60,054 nucleotides of DNA, filler included, from an uncultured delta proteobacterium (GCA_963848135.1; 2 parts of 2 records of this genome joined end to end with filler, not necessarily neighbours in it); one strand, 5' to 3'; positions 10,821 through 21,478 are shown, counted from the whole stretch's first letter. The notes: generated by a model not told the origin, from the sequence alone. Translations and numbers: made by a program.

Positions 10821-11507
10821 TCAGTGCATTTTAACCGACGAAAATACGCCGCGGTTATTCTTATGCGCTTGCCGGTGATTATCACCTCCCGGTGTCCAGT
10901 TCATATCCGGCCAGGTCACTTCCCTTGCATGGGAAAAGTAGCAGCCATCAGCGCAGGGCTTACAGAGGACACGCCCCTTTTGGATGACTTCGCGACAATC
11001 TCGAATGATCTGGCCGCATCGGCTGCATGCGACCTTACTTTTGGTCGGTCCCGGCATGTCGCAGGCATCGAGAGTCACCCGAACTTTCTGCACCCTGAAC
11101 AAAACGCTGTCGGGCATTCGGTGATAAGCCGCCAATTGTCGGGCCGATTTATTTTCGATTTCCGGAGCGTACATAGCCGCCAGACTGCGGGATTCTTCGG
11201 TAGAAAGCACCCGATAGGCCTTCCCGGATTCCAAATTCACGAAAGTAGCCGCCATGATCCCGTAATCCATGAACTTCAGACTCCGCCGCCCCAGTTTAAC
11301 ACCGGTCACATGGGCCACGGCATCGGCCGTGCAGCGATCCATTTCGACAAAAACGATGAGCTTTTTAATTTGTTCACGCCGGGTGGGCTCGGTCAGCCCG
11401 ATCAAGCGGCATCCCAGCATGGCCATCCGCACCCCGACGACCTGGCCGGGGCAGAGATGGCCATGGGTGGCGGCGGATGAATCCAAAAGTTTTTCGAAAG
11501 ATTTCAC
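10821..11507 (-). CDS. FmdE family protein with C-terminal zinc finger
   Basis: HGHLCPG, EMDRCTADA, CSRC...CKPC. Confidence 0.85.
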   Translation of the reverse strand: MKSFEKLLDSSAATHGHLCPGQVVGVRMAMLGCRLIGLTEPTRREQIKKLIVFVEMDRCTADAVAHVTGVKLGRRSLKFMDYGIMAATFVNLESGKAYRVLSTEESRSLAAMYAPEIENKSARQLAAYHRMPDSVLFRVQKVRVTLDACDMPGPTKSKVACSRCGQIIRDCREVIQKGRVLCKPCADGCYFSHAREVTWPDMNWTPGGDNHRQAHKNNRGVFSSVKMH

Positions 11508-11616
11508 GAATGCTCCCTTTCCTTTCTCTCAGAAAGTCTCGGTCATTCAATGTTTTTGGTCTTGCGTCGATCTCCACATGGAAGGGTAATCCCACCAATA
11601 ATGGTGTAAGAAGCGT

Positions 11617-12267
11617 TTACACGGAGACCTCATTGTACACTGATATCTCCTCAAGATCTTCTTGTATGAGGGTTCTCGTCGCCCTCGCCAGATTTTTGTA
11701 GAAATTCGTTTCAGCTTTCTTCTCGACGTTTTCCTGAAAATCGGAAATCCATGCTCCGATATGATCCGTATAAAAATGCCTGCGTTTTTCCATGTAGCGA
11801 CCGGACGCATCCATGTCACTGTGACTGGCGGCCTCCAACGCCTTGAATATCAGAAAGTAGACAAATTCAAGTTCCGCGGTGATATGATCAGGGGCATCAT
11901 GGAAATCACTTGAAATGTCCAGCCCTTCCTCTTCGTAACGGCTCACGACATCCAGAGTCGAATTGCCCATGACTTTTCTCCCGCTCTCCATATAGACAGA
12001 ACCATAAGGAGGCGCCAGCATCCCGAACGGACCGACAAAAAGTCTGCTGAAATCCACTCTGAGGGAGTCGACATCCCCTTCATCTTCAAAATACTTAGCC
12101 ATCTTGGCAATATAAGGAACCGCACGGATACAGGCCTTTTTGATCCGGCTTTCGAGAACCTTCAACCTTAATACCATGTCCTCATTCGGTGGACTGAAAA
12201 ACTCGGATAACAGTCTGAATGCGTCTCCTTTTCCCGCTTCACGGTCAAAAAGATCCTCTTTTTCCAT
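11617..12267 (-). CDS. TorD/DmsD family molybdoenzyme chaperone (ArrD-like)
   Basis: RLFVGP, APPYGSVY, DAPDHITAELEF; downstream of arrABC. Confidence 0.9.
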   Translation of the reverse strand: MEKEDLFDREAGKGDAFRLLSEFFSPPNEDMVLRLKVLESRIKKACIRAVPYIAKMAKYFEDEGDVDSLRVDFSRLFVGPFGMLAPPYGSVYMESGRKVMGNSTLDVVSRYEEEGLDISSDFHDAPDHITAELEFVYFLIFKALEAASHSDMDASGRYMEKRRHFYTDHIGAWISDFQENVEKKAETNFYKNLARATRTLIQEDLEEISVYNEVSV

Positions 12268-12350
12268 TTCTCACCCCTCCATCGTTTAAGGCGTCATCCT
12301 CTCAACCAGAAAGAGAAGGTTCAGACAACCGATGAATCCACCATTCTCCA

Positions 12351-13466
12351 TTATGCGCCGCTTACTTTTCCCAACTTGAAGTTTCGTTCACCATAGGTAT
12401 ACACGAGCAGTAGCACCGACAGGGCAAACACGACAACGAAGACTTCCCAGATGGTCGGCCAATAGCTGACAAAAGGAGGCTGCCCCTCCGCCTTTGGGCC
12501 TGTCGGCATGACCAATCCACCTAAGACAAATTCGAGGCGCCCTGCGAGCATACCGATCAAAAAGAGGGCAGATGCCGAGACCTTTCCCCAATTGGTCCTT
12601 CGAATAGACGGGACGGCCAGCAATACCAGTGGAATCACCAATCCGACCCACAAGGCGAGATGATACCACCCGGTACCCATCGCATGCCGAAATCCCGCAA
12701 ATTCCAGTCCGCTTGAGGAGATCCCGCCGATAATACTCCTCCAGATGAAAAAGATGAGCGTTGCCCCGACGACGATGCCGAAAAGATTGGCCAGGTCATT
12801 ATACAAATTGACCAGCCCTTCGCTCATCGGTTCGCCGGAAAAACGATGGTATGACATGTTGATGAGCAGTACCGCAGCGAGCGCACTGGAGAATCCGGTC
12901 AGGGGCAAGTACATGGTCAGAAACTGGGCATTGAAAACGGGACGGGCATCCGGAAGACCGAACAACCAACCGAGTGTTGTGGAGGTGGCAATGGCAATCA
13001 AAAACACGAAAACACCGAGAGTTCTGCTCGATTCCCCGGTGTGCGTCCTCCAAAATGAGATTAGAAGTACTGTCAGATAAAGGCCATAAAGCATGGCGAG
13101 CCACCACAGAGGGGATGCAAGGTTTGGAGAAAAAATAAAATAGATGGCGTTCCAGGGTGAACCGAGATGCAGAAGAAGACATGTCAAACCGGCGAGCATA
13201 ACGGCTATTTCCAACATTGCCGTGCGCTTCTCGATCGGCTGGTACCGCTTAATGCCGAAAACAACTGGTATGGAAGAAACAAAGGCAAGTCCTGTACTGG
13301 TTAATGAAAAGAAGATGTAGGATGCTATGGGCAGAGTCCAGACAAGGATGTCCGTTTTGGCGTAGAGAACGAACCCGACCGTAAAAACCTTATAAACGGT
13401 GAGCAGGCCAATAAGAATTCCCAATCCCAGCAACCCGTACCACAACTTAACTTTGATGCCTTGCAT
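12351..13466 (-). CDS. arrC: NrfD/PsrC family membrane anchor of arsenate reductase
   Basis: Polytopic membrane protein; WTLPIASYIFF, LHLGSP, SPLWW, YWPTIWE; directly after arrB. Confidence 0.8.
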   Translation of the reverse strand: MQGIKVKLWYGLLGLGILIGLLTVYKVFTVGFVLYAKTDILVWTLPIASYIFFSLTSTGLAFVSSIPVVFGIKRYQPIEKRTAMLEIAVMLAGLTCLLLHLGSPWNAIYFIFSPNLASPLWWLAMLYGLYLTVLLISFWRTHTGESSRTLGVFVFLIAIATSTTLGWLFGLPDARPVFNAQFLTMYLPLTGFSSALAAVLLINMSYHRFSGEPMSEGLVNLYNDLANLFGIVVGATLIFFIWRSIIGGISSSGLEFAGFRHAMGTGWYHLALWVGLVIPLVLLAVPSIRRTNWGKVSASALFLIGMLAGRLEFVLGGLVMPTGPKAEGQPPFVSYWPTIWEVFVVVFALSVLLLVYTYGERNFKLGKVSGA

Positions 13467-13468
13467 AT

Positions 13469-14197
13469 CTATACCCCCCCTTTCGTACTCTCATAGTTTG
13501 CCGGATTGAAACTCCGTATGTAATAAACGTTCGGCTCTGTACCGAACCCCTCTTTCAGCCTGAAAGGTTTGAACTTCCCGAGGAGATAGCGCACCTTGCT
13601 CTCAGGGTTCTCCATATCGCCGAATATCCTCGCATCGGCCGGGCACGCCTCCACGCAGTAGGGCAGTTCTCCCTCCTTGATTCTGTGGTCACAGAACGTG
13701 CATTTTTCAACCACGCCATTCGGTCTATTACCTGGCAGGGTCTTTTCCCTTTCCGGATTGTGGTAGGGGGTCCCTCGGCCATTGTTCACCTTTTGGAGAA
13801 GTTCTGAAGGGGAGCCGGTGCAGCCTTGAATTACTGGTTTTGAATCCCTCCAGAACTGGTGGGGTTGCTGCCAGTTGAAATAGATGACCTCGTACGGGCA
13901 ATTAAACATGCAGTACCGGCAACCGATGCATTTCTTCGGATCGTGCATGGTAATTCCGTTATCCAATTTGTGCATGGCCTTGGTCGGGCACCCCCTTACA
14001 CAGGGTGGGTTTCCACAGTGGTTGCAGAGGGTCGGAATGTAGTGAAACCGCACGTCGGGAAAGGTGCCCGAAGTTTCGGTGATCTTATTGGACCAGTAGA
14101 TGCCGTCCGGCACGTTGTTCTCGTTCCTGCAGGCGATGCTGCAGGCGCCGCAGCCGACACACCGCTGCAGGTCGATGACCATGGCATATCTTGGCAT
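13469..14197 (-). CDS. arrB: Respiratory arsenate reductase Fe-S subunit
   Basis: Four Cys clusters (CVGCGACSIAC, CNHCGNPPCVRGCP, CIGCRYCMFNCP, CTFC...CVEACP). Confidence 0.92.
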   Translation of the reverse strand: MPRYAMVIDLQRCVGCGACSIACRNENNVPDGIYWSNKITETSGTFPDVRFHYIPTLCNHCGNPPCVRGCPTKAMHKLDNGITMHDPKKCIGCRYCMFNCPYEVIYFNWQQPHQFWRDSKPVIQGCTGSPSELLQKVNNGRGTPYHNPEREKTLPGNRPNGVVEKCTFCDHRIKEGELPYCVEACPADARIFGDMENPESKVRYLLGKFKPFRLKEGFGTEPNVYYIRSFNPANYESTKGGV

Positions 14198-14208
14198 TTT
14201 TACACCTC

Positions 14209-16790
14209 CTACGCTTTTTCAATTTTGACGCGGGTGCCGGCGTGACGGACCGTGCTGCCGCTCAGCCGCTCGTAAACCGCGGGGATCAAGTCATTGTTGT
14301 TTCCGCCTCTGGGGGTTTTGCCGAACTCTTTGGCGGCCAACCGGCCGTAAACCCAGTGCCCCTGGCCGTAACATTTGGCCACCGTCCCCGGACGGACACC
14401 CTCCCAGAGCTTGGCGGTGCACTCGATCTTCCCGGTCGGCGACGTCAACCGGATTGTGTCGCCGGATTTGATGCCGAGATTTATGCCGTCCACCGGATTG
14501 ATCTTGGCCACGTCGTCCCAGGCTTCGTCTCCGGGATCTAGATCCTTGAACTCGTAGTACCAACTGCAATTGGCCGAACGGCCTTCGCGGTTGAGCTTGG
14601 ATTTGTAATCTACGAAAATAAAGGGATATTCATTGGGGTCCCCGTCGATGTAAGGCTCCTCGTAGTGGGGTACAAAGGCGCGCTCCCCTCTGGCCTCGTA
14701 AAAAGTGACCTCCATCACTTTATCTACGGTGGTGTTGTGTTTTTCGGCATGCTTCTCCAGGGCCTCTTTCAGGGTTTCACTGTAAAACTCGAACATGCCG
14801 GTCTTGGTTTCCATCTTTCCCCAGCGTTTACGGAATGGATATGGATCCGAGTTCCAGACACCGGCCTTGGCGAATTCCTCCCATCCGTTGAATTTGTCCC
14901 CGCCCTTGTATTTTGCCGGATCCCAGAGGTTCTGTGTGGCAAACTTCAAGGCAAAGAGCGCGAACTCTTTTTCGTTGGTCGGTTCTTTTCCGGTTTCCGG
15001 GTCCTTGTATTCCTTGAAGTGGCGCAGCAGATTGTCGAATCCGCGCTCGGCCAGTTTTTCGGCGATGAGCCAGGGAATTTCGGTCTCATCGGTTTTATAG
15101 TCCCACACCGGCTCGATGATGGGCTGCATGATGGTCACATGTCGGTAGCCGTTGCCGTGGGATTTGACATAGCCCCATTTTTCGAACATGTGGTGGGTGT
15201 TGGGCAGCACGATATCGGAAAACCATGTGAATTCAGATGCGTTGGTGGTGATGTGCACCACGAACGGTATCTTGGACAGGGCGCGCTCCCAGCGTTCCGG
15301 CTGACCGCAGGAGAAGGTGAAGTTGTTCATGTAGCCCACAGCCACCTTGATCTCGTTGGGGTCTTCGTTAAGAATGCCGTCGGCGGCATTGTTGGTGACG
15401 ACACCCCCACCCGATTTCCCCTTGTTCAACGCCGGAAATTCGAGGCGACCGCGGTGATCGATTTTTTCGTGTTTCTTGCCTTTTTTGGCGATTTCGTCCA
15501 TGAAATCATCCGGTTTGGGAAACTTGCTCGTATATTCCTTGTTGCTCTTGAGGGTGCCGCCGACATTGTCGACCCCTCCGGTGAGGCCGTTGAGGGCATG
15601 ACAGATCATGCTCGCATAGCCACCCCGCACCTGCATCACCGGGCCTCCACCCACCCAGGAAATGACATGAGGAGCCGCCTTGGCATAATCTATGGCCACC
15701 TGACGAATCTGATCGGCCGAAATTCCGCAGCGCTCGGCGGCCCATTCGGGTGTTTTGTCTTTGAGTTCCAAGTTCCACCACTTCACCAGACCGTAGGTGT
15801 ACTTTTCTTCGAAATCTTCTTCATTGACGTTTTGATCGAGAACAAAACGATTTTCACCGTCTATGAAATCGCCCACAAACTCCTTGTACCAAAGCCCTTC
15901 GGTCAGGATCACGTGGGCCAGGGCGGCGGCAAGGGCGGCATCCTGCCCCGGTTTTACCGGCATCCAGATGTCAGCCTTGGCGCCGGTGGCGGAAAGCCGC
16001 GGCTCGATCACCACGATCTCGGCCCGGTCGATCACAGAACCCCAGATCTGGGAGTAATAGGACACCTGTCGGTTGGCGGCCAGGGGATCCGCGCCCCAGA
16101 TGAGCATGTAGCGGGTGCTCGCCACATCATACTGACGGTAATCCCAGAGGCCCTCCGTGTAGTAAGGGCCGAATTTTTCTGCCTCGGCGCAGATGGCGCT
16201 GTGAGAGATGTTGTTGGGGGAACCGATAATTTTGGTCATCCGATCGTAGAGGACGTCCCGCATATAGGAGTAGCGTCCGCGCATGAGCATGTACTTGTGG
16301 GTTTCGTTGTTTTTGCGCAGGTCAATGATCTTGTCTGCGATGGTGCTGAGCGCCTCGTCCCAGGATATCGGCACGAACTTCGGGTCTTCGCTGCGTCCCT
16401 TTTTCGGGTTGGTCCGCTTCATGGGCGTCTTGACCCGGTCCGGGTCGTAGACCTGTTGCAAACCAAGATGGGAGCGGGGACACCCTGCGCCGTTGTTGAC
16501 CTTCGAATGCGGATTGCCTCTGACCTTCACGGCCCGCCCGTTGATCACATAGACCTGCTTGGAGCACCAGGACGTGCACCCCTGGCATGTGGCGGGCAGC
16601 CATTGCCCCATGCCGGTTGCGGCGCGCCGTCGGATGCGGCCAGCGCTTTTAGTTCTGGTTTTAGTCCTGTCCCGGCTGCAACTGCAGCGCCGGTAACCGC
16701 CGACGCCTTGATGAACGACCGTCTCGATAACTTGACGTTACCGAGAAAGCCCTCCATCAGGTTTTTGCTTTCCTTTTTGATGTCATCCAT
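14209..16790 (-). CDS. arrA: Respiratory arsenate reductase catalytic Mo subunit (copy 1; 1-nt deletion ~16625 after the Tat leader)
   Basis: CQGCTSWC, RGRY and SHSAICAEAEK motifs; Tat leader SRRSFIK lies in ORF 16545-16790. Confidence 0.9.
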
Positions 16791-16903
16791 AATGCCTCCG
16801 TGTTATGGTTCATGATTGATCAGTTTATCTTTTCGGCTCTGATAGTGCATGAACGGAGCCGATGAACGTTAGACTGAGACTCAGTTTTCCGAGTTTCAAT
16901 CCG

Positions 16904-17287
16904 TCAAACCGGCGTCCGAGATACAAGTTCGTTGTCGCGGATACACTTCAACCAAAAATGCAGTTCGTCCGGATCCAGAGGCTTGCTCAAACAGGCATAT
17001 ATGTGCTGCGAAAGCGCATCCTTCAGGTCGGGATGGAGCCGCTGTTGCGATGTGCAAAAGATGTTGATGTCTGAAAAGCGGACCTTCAATTGGCGAATCA
17101 TCCGATTGGTCAACGGAACCGAATCAACATCCAGGATGGTCGCCAAACAGCCGGAACGACTGAGCCCATTTATAAGATCTTCCAAATCTTGAAACGCCCT
17201 GGCCTCGAATTGCCTCTCGATTAAAATCGAGCGAAGCTCATCAATCTGCCGTTCGTCCGTGCTCAAAATGCAAATGCAACTTCCCAC
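16904..17287 (-). CDS. Stand-alone atypical receiver (CheY-like) domain protein
   Basis: ILDVD, CTS and SKP elements present; degenerate first acidic pair; GTG start after GAGG; conserved in copy 2. Confidence 0.7.
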   Translation of the reverse strand: MGSCICILSTDERQIDELRSILIERQFEARAFQDLEDLINGLSRSGCLATILDVDSVPLTNRMIRQLKVRFSDINIFCTSQQRLHPDLKDALSQHIYACLSKPLDPDELHFWLKCIRDNELVSRTPV

Positions 17288-17357
17288 TGAAGAGCCTCAT
17301 AGAACGTATATAAATGGATTGCATCGACTTGCTAACCAATGGGCACTACCACATTGT

Positions 17358-17373
17358 AGCAATCAGTGTACCA
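17358..17373 (-). promoter_or_regulatory. Sigma54 (-24/-12) promoter of the receiver-arrABCD operon
   Basis: TGGTACACTGATTGCT (GG-N10-GC); identical in copy 2. Confidence 0.8.
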
Positions 17374-17433
17374 GTATCGCACCGAAATTACCGAAAAGAA
17401 GATTAGGTAATAGGAAAACACCCAATAGGATTA

Positions 17434-17446
17434 TAACTATTTGAAA
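17434..17446 (-). promoter_or_regulatory. Candidate IHF site
   Basis: TTTCAAATAGTTA resembles WATCAAN4TTR in an AT-rich tract ~60 bp upstream of the sigma54 promoter. Confidence 0.45.
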
Positions 17447-18081
17447 TTTAATTGTTATTTCTATTGAACTCATTTGTGTAAACCGAAGGCCGACACGATG
17501 GGGGCCGAAAGATAGGAGACGTATGAAGGGATTAAACGGGTCGAAGCGTCCGGAAATCGAACGGTGAAATCCGGCTAAAAATATTCAACATATATTCCAG
17601 ATAGTTATACCGTCCTGAATCCGAACGATGCCTATCAGCATTACCGGACAAAAACGATGATATCGTCTTGGCAATCGTTTTTTTTCTGACCACCGACAAA
17701 AAACCGTGGAAAAGTAGCTTAACCCGAATATTTCATGAAATCTTTTCACCGAGCAAAAAAAGATGCAATATCGAGGCATTGGTCAAACTCATGAACCGTA
17801 TAACCGATGGACACTTTGTACCGCCCGAAGATCTAAAGAAAGAGTTGAAAAGATTTCACTCTTGGGGTCAACCGAAGGTTCCCATGGCCCTGGGTTATTC
17901 GAGGATCGCGGTAGACTACTGCAGCATCACCTCGAAATACCTTGGCTATAGAAACTTCCAATTGGTGAAATTGCCGGGTTAAGGTGGATTAGGAATTTTA
18001 CTGGAGTTTTTTTAAAAAGGAACTGGATACAAGCACCATGTGGGTAGCGCTCGGTGAAAGGGAATGTGGACTCCTAAATGT

Positions 18082-20310
18082 TCAATGAATGGTGGGCTTG
18101 CGGATTTGATATTTTTTCAGTTTTTCGTAAAGGGTGCTTCGGCTGATTCCCAGACGGGAGGCAGCCGTTGTTTTGTTCCAGTCACAACTCTCCAATACTT
18201 CGCGGACCAAAAGTGCTTCGTTTTCGATGATAGTCTGTTTCTGTTTGGCAACGTCCAGTTCTTCGATGGCATCTTCAATGACGGACGCAGGCAGATCGGA
18301 TACTTCAATCTGAGAGTTTTTAGCGAGCACAACCCCATGTTCAATACTGTTTTCCAGTTCACGCACATTCCCCGGCCAGAGATATCCAAGAAGCCTGCGC
18401 ATGGCCTCAGAGCTGATTTTCTCCACGGGTTTATCCTGTTCTTTGCTAAACTGGTCAACAAAAAAGCGGGCCAAAAGCGGTATGTCGTTGGCGCGCTCCC
18501 GGAGAGGGGGTAAATTGATAGGGATGACGTTTAATCGATAATATAAATCCTCGCGAAAACGACCGGCATTGACCTCCTTAAGTAGATCCTTGTTGGTGGC
18601 CGCCAGTATCCGGACATTTACGCCTATCGAATCTTCTCCGCCGACGCGCTCAAATTTGTGACTCTGCAAAACCCTAAGCAATTTGATCTGGGCCGAGGCA
18701 GATATCTCTCCAATTTCGTCTAAAAATACAGTCCCGCCGTCGGCCAGCTCGAATCGACCTTTTTTTCTACGCAAAGCACCGGTAAACGCCCCTTTTTCGT
18801 GACCGAACAGTTCACTTTCCAGTAAAGTCTTCGGATAAGCCGAGCAATTGATCACCACAAAGGGTTTGCCATTGCGATGACTGACGCGGTGTATGGCGCG
18901 AGCGACCAATTCTTTACCGGTACCACTTTCGCCTTGAATCAATACAGTGGCATCGGTTGGGGCAACGTCCTCGATAAGCTTGTAAATGACCTGAAGTTTG
19001 GGGTCTCGACCCACCAATTCGTCGAAGCCGGAGATAGCGTCCACGCGCCCTTTGAGATTGCGCACTTCTTCTTCATTCAGAGCGGCGCGGTGTATAGCCC
19101 CGGCAGTTTGCTGGAGGATGAGTTCGATGACCTCGAGGTCTTTATTGACGCATTTGCATTCCCCCGGACATCCAATAATCAAGGCGCCTGATGTCTGCCC
19201 ACGATGCTGGAGGGGAAACACGGCGATTTTTTCTGCTTTTCGCATGTTTTCCGGCAACATCATGTCAGGGAAATCTTTCTTTCGGAAAAATCCGACCGAG
19301 ATGAGTGAGACAATTTTATCAATAACCGGAGCATAAGAGTTTGCTGTTGTGGGCCCAACTTTTTTCCCGGTTGACAGAAATAGGTCAGCATCCTCACCCC
19401 TGATAACCATCAGCGCCATGTTGCGGCATTCAACGATATTGCCCAAAGCCTTCAGGAGATAATCGGACAGGTCGCACAGACTCGGCAGGGCGGATACTTC
19501 CCGGGAGATCGAAAGGGCCGTGGTCATGCGCTGGTGGGCCTTGTCGAGGTCGCAGTGTTGAACTTCCAAACGGCAGTTGGTGTCCTGAAGCCTCGCGGTG
19601 TAGTCGTTCAGGCGGACGAGCATCCGGTTAAAGGCTGTAGCCAGTCTGGTCACCTCTGTTCGGCCTTGCACGCTGATTTCGGAATCGAGATTCCCTTCAT
19701 CGATCTTCTCGGCCGCATCCGCCAGCTTGATAAGAGGTTGGGTTAACCGGTGGATGAACAGGTGGCTGGCCAATAGGGCAAGCAGTAAGATACCGAAGGA
19801 AATCAGGCTCATCTGGAGCCACAAATCTCTTACTTGCGCCCGGTAGGGTGCCTCTGAAAGACCCAGCCGCAGGACACCGGCTTTGCCGCCGAATATAGGC
19901 CAGGCAATATCAAGAAAATGATCGTTATTTTCAGAGACAAACTTTTCGAGGTGCTGGCTGTCACCGTCTGATACAGAATTAGCATCTATGAGTTGAACCG
20001 GTACCCCGCCGGTAAATGTATGGCTGAGCACTCTGCCGTTCTTGACGACAATGATATAGGCGACGTCCGGCGTACTGATTATTTGATCGTCCAAGAGTTT
20101 TTGCAACCCGACGCGATCGTTGAGCAATATGGTATCGGCAGCATCGAGGCTCAGGCTGTGGGCGATATTTTCCGCCCGGGCGACAGCCCCTTCGATCAAA
20201 CTGACGCTATAGCGATGGGTGACGGTCTGCGAGATAATCATCCCGCTGATGACCACAAGAATCGCTACAGCAAGCAGAAGTGTATTTTTAAGACTTTTCG
20301 GTTTCATCAT
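18082..20310 (-). CDS. Membrane-anchored sigma54-dependent activator (TM-periplasmic sensor-TM-HAMP-GAF-like-AAA+-HTH)
   Basis: Two TM segments, [26 protein letters not shown], Fis-type HTH; no H-box or receiver domain seen. Confidence 0.88.
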   Translation of the reverse strand: MMKPKSLKNTLLLAVAILVVISGMIISQTVTHRYSVSLIEGAVARAENIAHSLSLDAADTILLNDRVGLQKLLDDQIISTPDVAYIIVVKNGRVLSHTFTGGVPVQLIDANSVSDGDSQHLEKFVSENNDHFLDIAWPIFGGKAGVLRLGLSEAPYRAQVRDLWLQMSLISFGILLLALLASHLFIHRLTQPLIKLADAAEKIDEGNLDSEISVQGRTEVTRLATAFNRMLVRLNDYTARLQDTNCRLEVQHCDLDKAHQRMTTALSISREVSALPSLCDLSDYLLKALGNIVECRNMALMVIRGEDADLFLSTGKKVGPTTANSYAPVIDKIVSLISVGFFRKKDFPDMMLPENMRKAEKIAVFPLQHRGQTSGALIIGCPGECKCVNKDLEVIELILQQTAGAIHRAALNEEEVRNLKGRVDAISGFDELVGRDPKLQVIYKLIEDVAPTDATVLIQGESGTGKELVARAIHRVSHRNGKPFVVINCSAYPKTLLESELFGHEKGAFTGALRRKKGRFELADGGTVFLDEIGEISASAQIKLLRVLQSHKFERVGGEDSIGVNVRILAATNKDLLKEVNAGRFREDLYYRLNVIPINLPPLRERANDIPLLARFFVDQFSKEQDKPVEKISSEAMRRLLGYLWPGNVRELENSIEHGVVLAKNSQIEVSDLPASVIEDAIEELDVAKQKQTIIENEALLVREVLESCDWNKTTAASRLGISRSTLYEKLKKYQIRKPTIH

Positions 20311-21268
20311 GCCGGATAGAGGGATTCGAAAGCACTTGCCGGTAAATGTCCTTTACGGGTTCATACCAGGATTCCTCGGGCGCCATGAATCGGTCGATCA
20401 TGAGTTCGCCCAGAATTTCCCGCCCTTCGGGCTCCTGGTGCATCGTCAAAAGGAGTTGTCTAATTTGTTTCTTCACATGAACGGAAAGATACGCGGAGGC
20501 CACTAAAGGAGGGCTCCCGAAAGGTCTCGATTTTTTAATGACGCGTGTCATCGAGGTGTAGAATGGATTCCTCTGGTTGTAATATTCCCACAAATGACCA
20601 TCGACCGCTGCACCGTCGACAAGACCTTTGGCAACGGCCAGAATCGAATTGTCATGGCTGTATGTAAAATTGACTTCCCTGAAAAAAGTTTCGGGGGTTT
20701 GGTTGCGTTCCATCAACCAAAATTTCGGCACCAATGCGCCGGTGTTTGACTCTGGATCGGTGAAAGCAAACACACGCCCTTCCAAATCCGAAAGGCTCTT
20801 AAAACCTTTGTCCTTATGTACAATGAGATAACTCTGGTAGAAGGGTTCTCCCCGAACCACAGGTGTTGCTAGCCCATCGAACCCAAAGACTTCCTTGCCA
20901 ACGGCATACGGACCCGTGCAAATAAATGCCAGGTCGATTTCCCCTTTGGGAAAGAGCTCGTTTATCTCACTGTAAGTTCGGCGCTGGATCAGTGTAATGT
21001 CGGTGCCGAGTTTTCGGCCGATATAATCGAGAAGATCCCGATAATAGGATAGGGTTTCCTTCGGGGAAATCATGGCGGCAACCGCCACACGTAATTTTGG
21101 ATTATCGCTCGCGGGCGGCTCAGGTTGATCGACTTTTACTGTCTGGGAAAAATCGATTTGTTTGTAGCCGGTTTCACTGCCGCACCCGAGAAAAAAAAGT
21201 AAGATGAATCCGGTTAGGATAAAAATAGGGGTTCGAGAGCGTCTGTGCGCTAAAAATAGCAAACTCAT
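20288..21268 (-). CDS. PhnD-like oxyanion-binding lipoprotein (ArrX/AioX-like)
   Basis: Lipobox FLGC; AAMISPKET, FICTGPY, FTDPESNTG, SHDNSI; overlaps the activator gene by 23 bp. Confidence 0.85.
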   Translation of the reverse strand: MSLLFLAHRRSRTPIFILTGFILLFFLGCGSETGYKQIDFSQTVKVDQPEPPASDNPKLRVAVAAMISPKETLSYYRDLLDYIGRKLGTDITLIQRRTYSEINELFPKGEIDLAFICTGPYAVGKEVFGFDGLATPVVRGEPFYQSYLIVHKDKGFKSLSDLEGRVFAFTDPESNTGALVPKFWLMERNQTPETFFREVNFTYSHDNSILAVAKGLVDGAAVDGHLWEYYNQRNPFYTSMTRVIKKSRPFGSPPLVASAYLSVHVKKQIRQLLLTMHQEPEGREILGELMIDRFMAPEESWYEPVKDIYRQVLSNPSIRHDETEKS

Positions 21269-21478
21269 GGAGCGCTCCTTTTAGTCGGTGCGGAGGGTAG
21301 GAAAAGCAGAGGAAGGAATTCAGATGCCGCGTGGGAAGGCACATGCACCGATTCAGTTCGGTATGTTGCGCTGAACAGTGATGACTGAGTCGAAACCCGG
21401 GCGAATTTCTCAAATTGGATCGAGAGTGCCTTTCCGCCCAAACATCTGGCTCAGCAGCGTTTATACTTTTTTTATTGT

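Noticed and set aside
14665..16815. 716-aa plus-strand ORF (and 666-aa ORF at 44193-46193)
   Set aside because: Antisense shadow of arrA; no motifs, and endpoints differ between copies.
17668..17982. Small plus-strand ORF between the arr promoter and the activator gene
   Set aside because: No recognisable motif; the upstream part is interrupted in copy 2; may be a relic.
20288..21268. Phosphonate ABC transporter
   Set aside because: No permease or ATPase genes; overlap with the sensor gene fits a sensing role.
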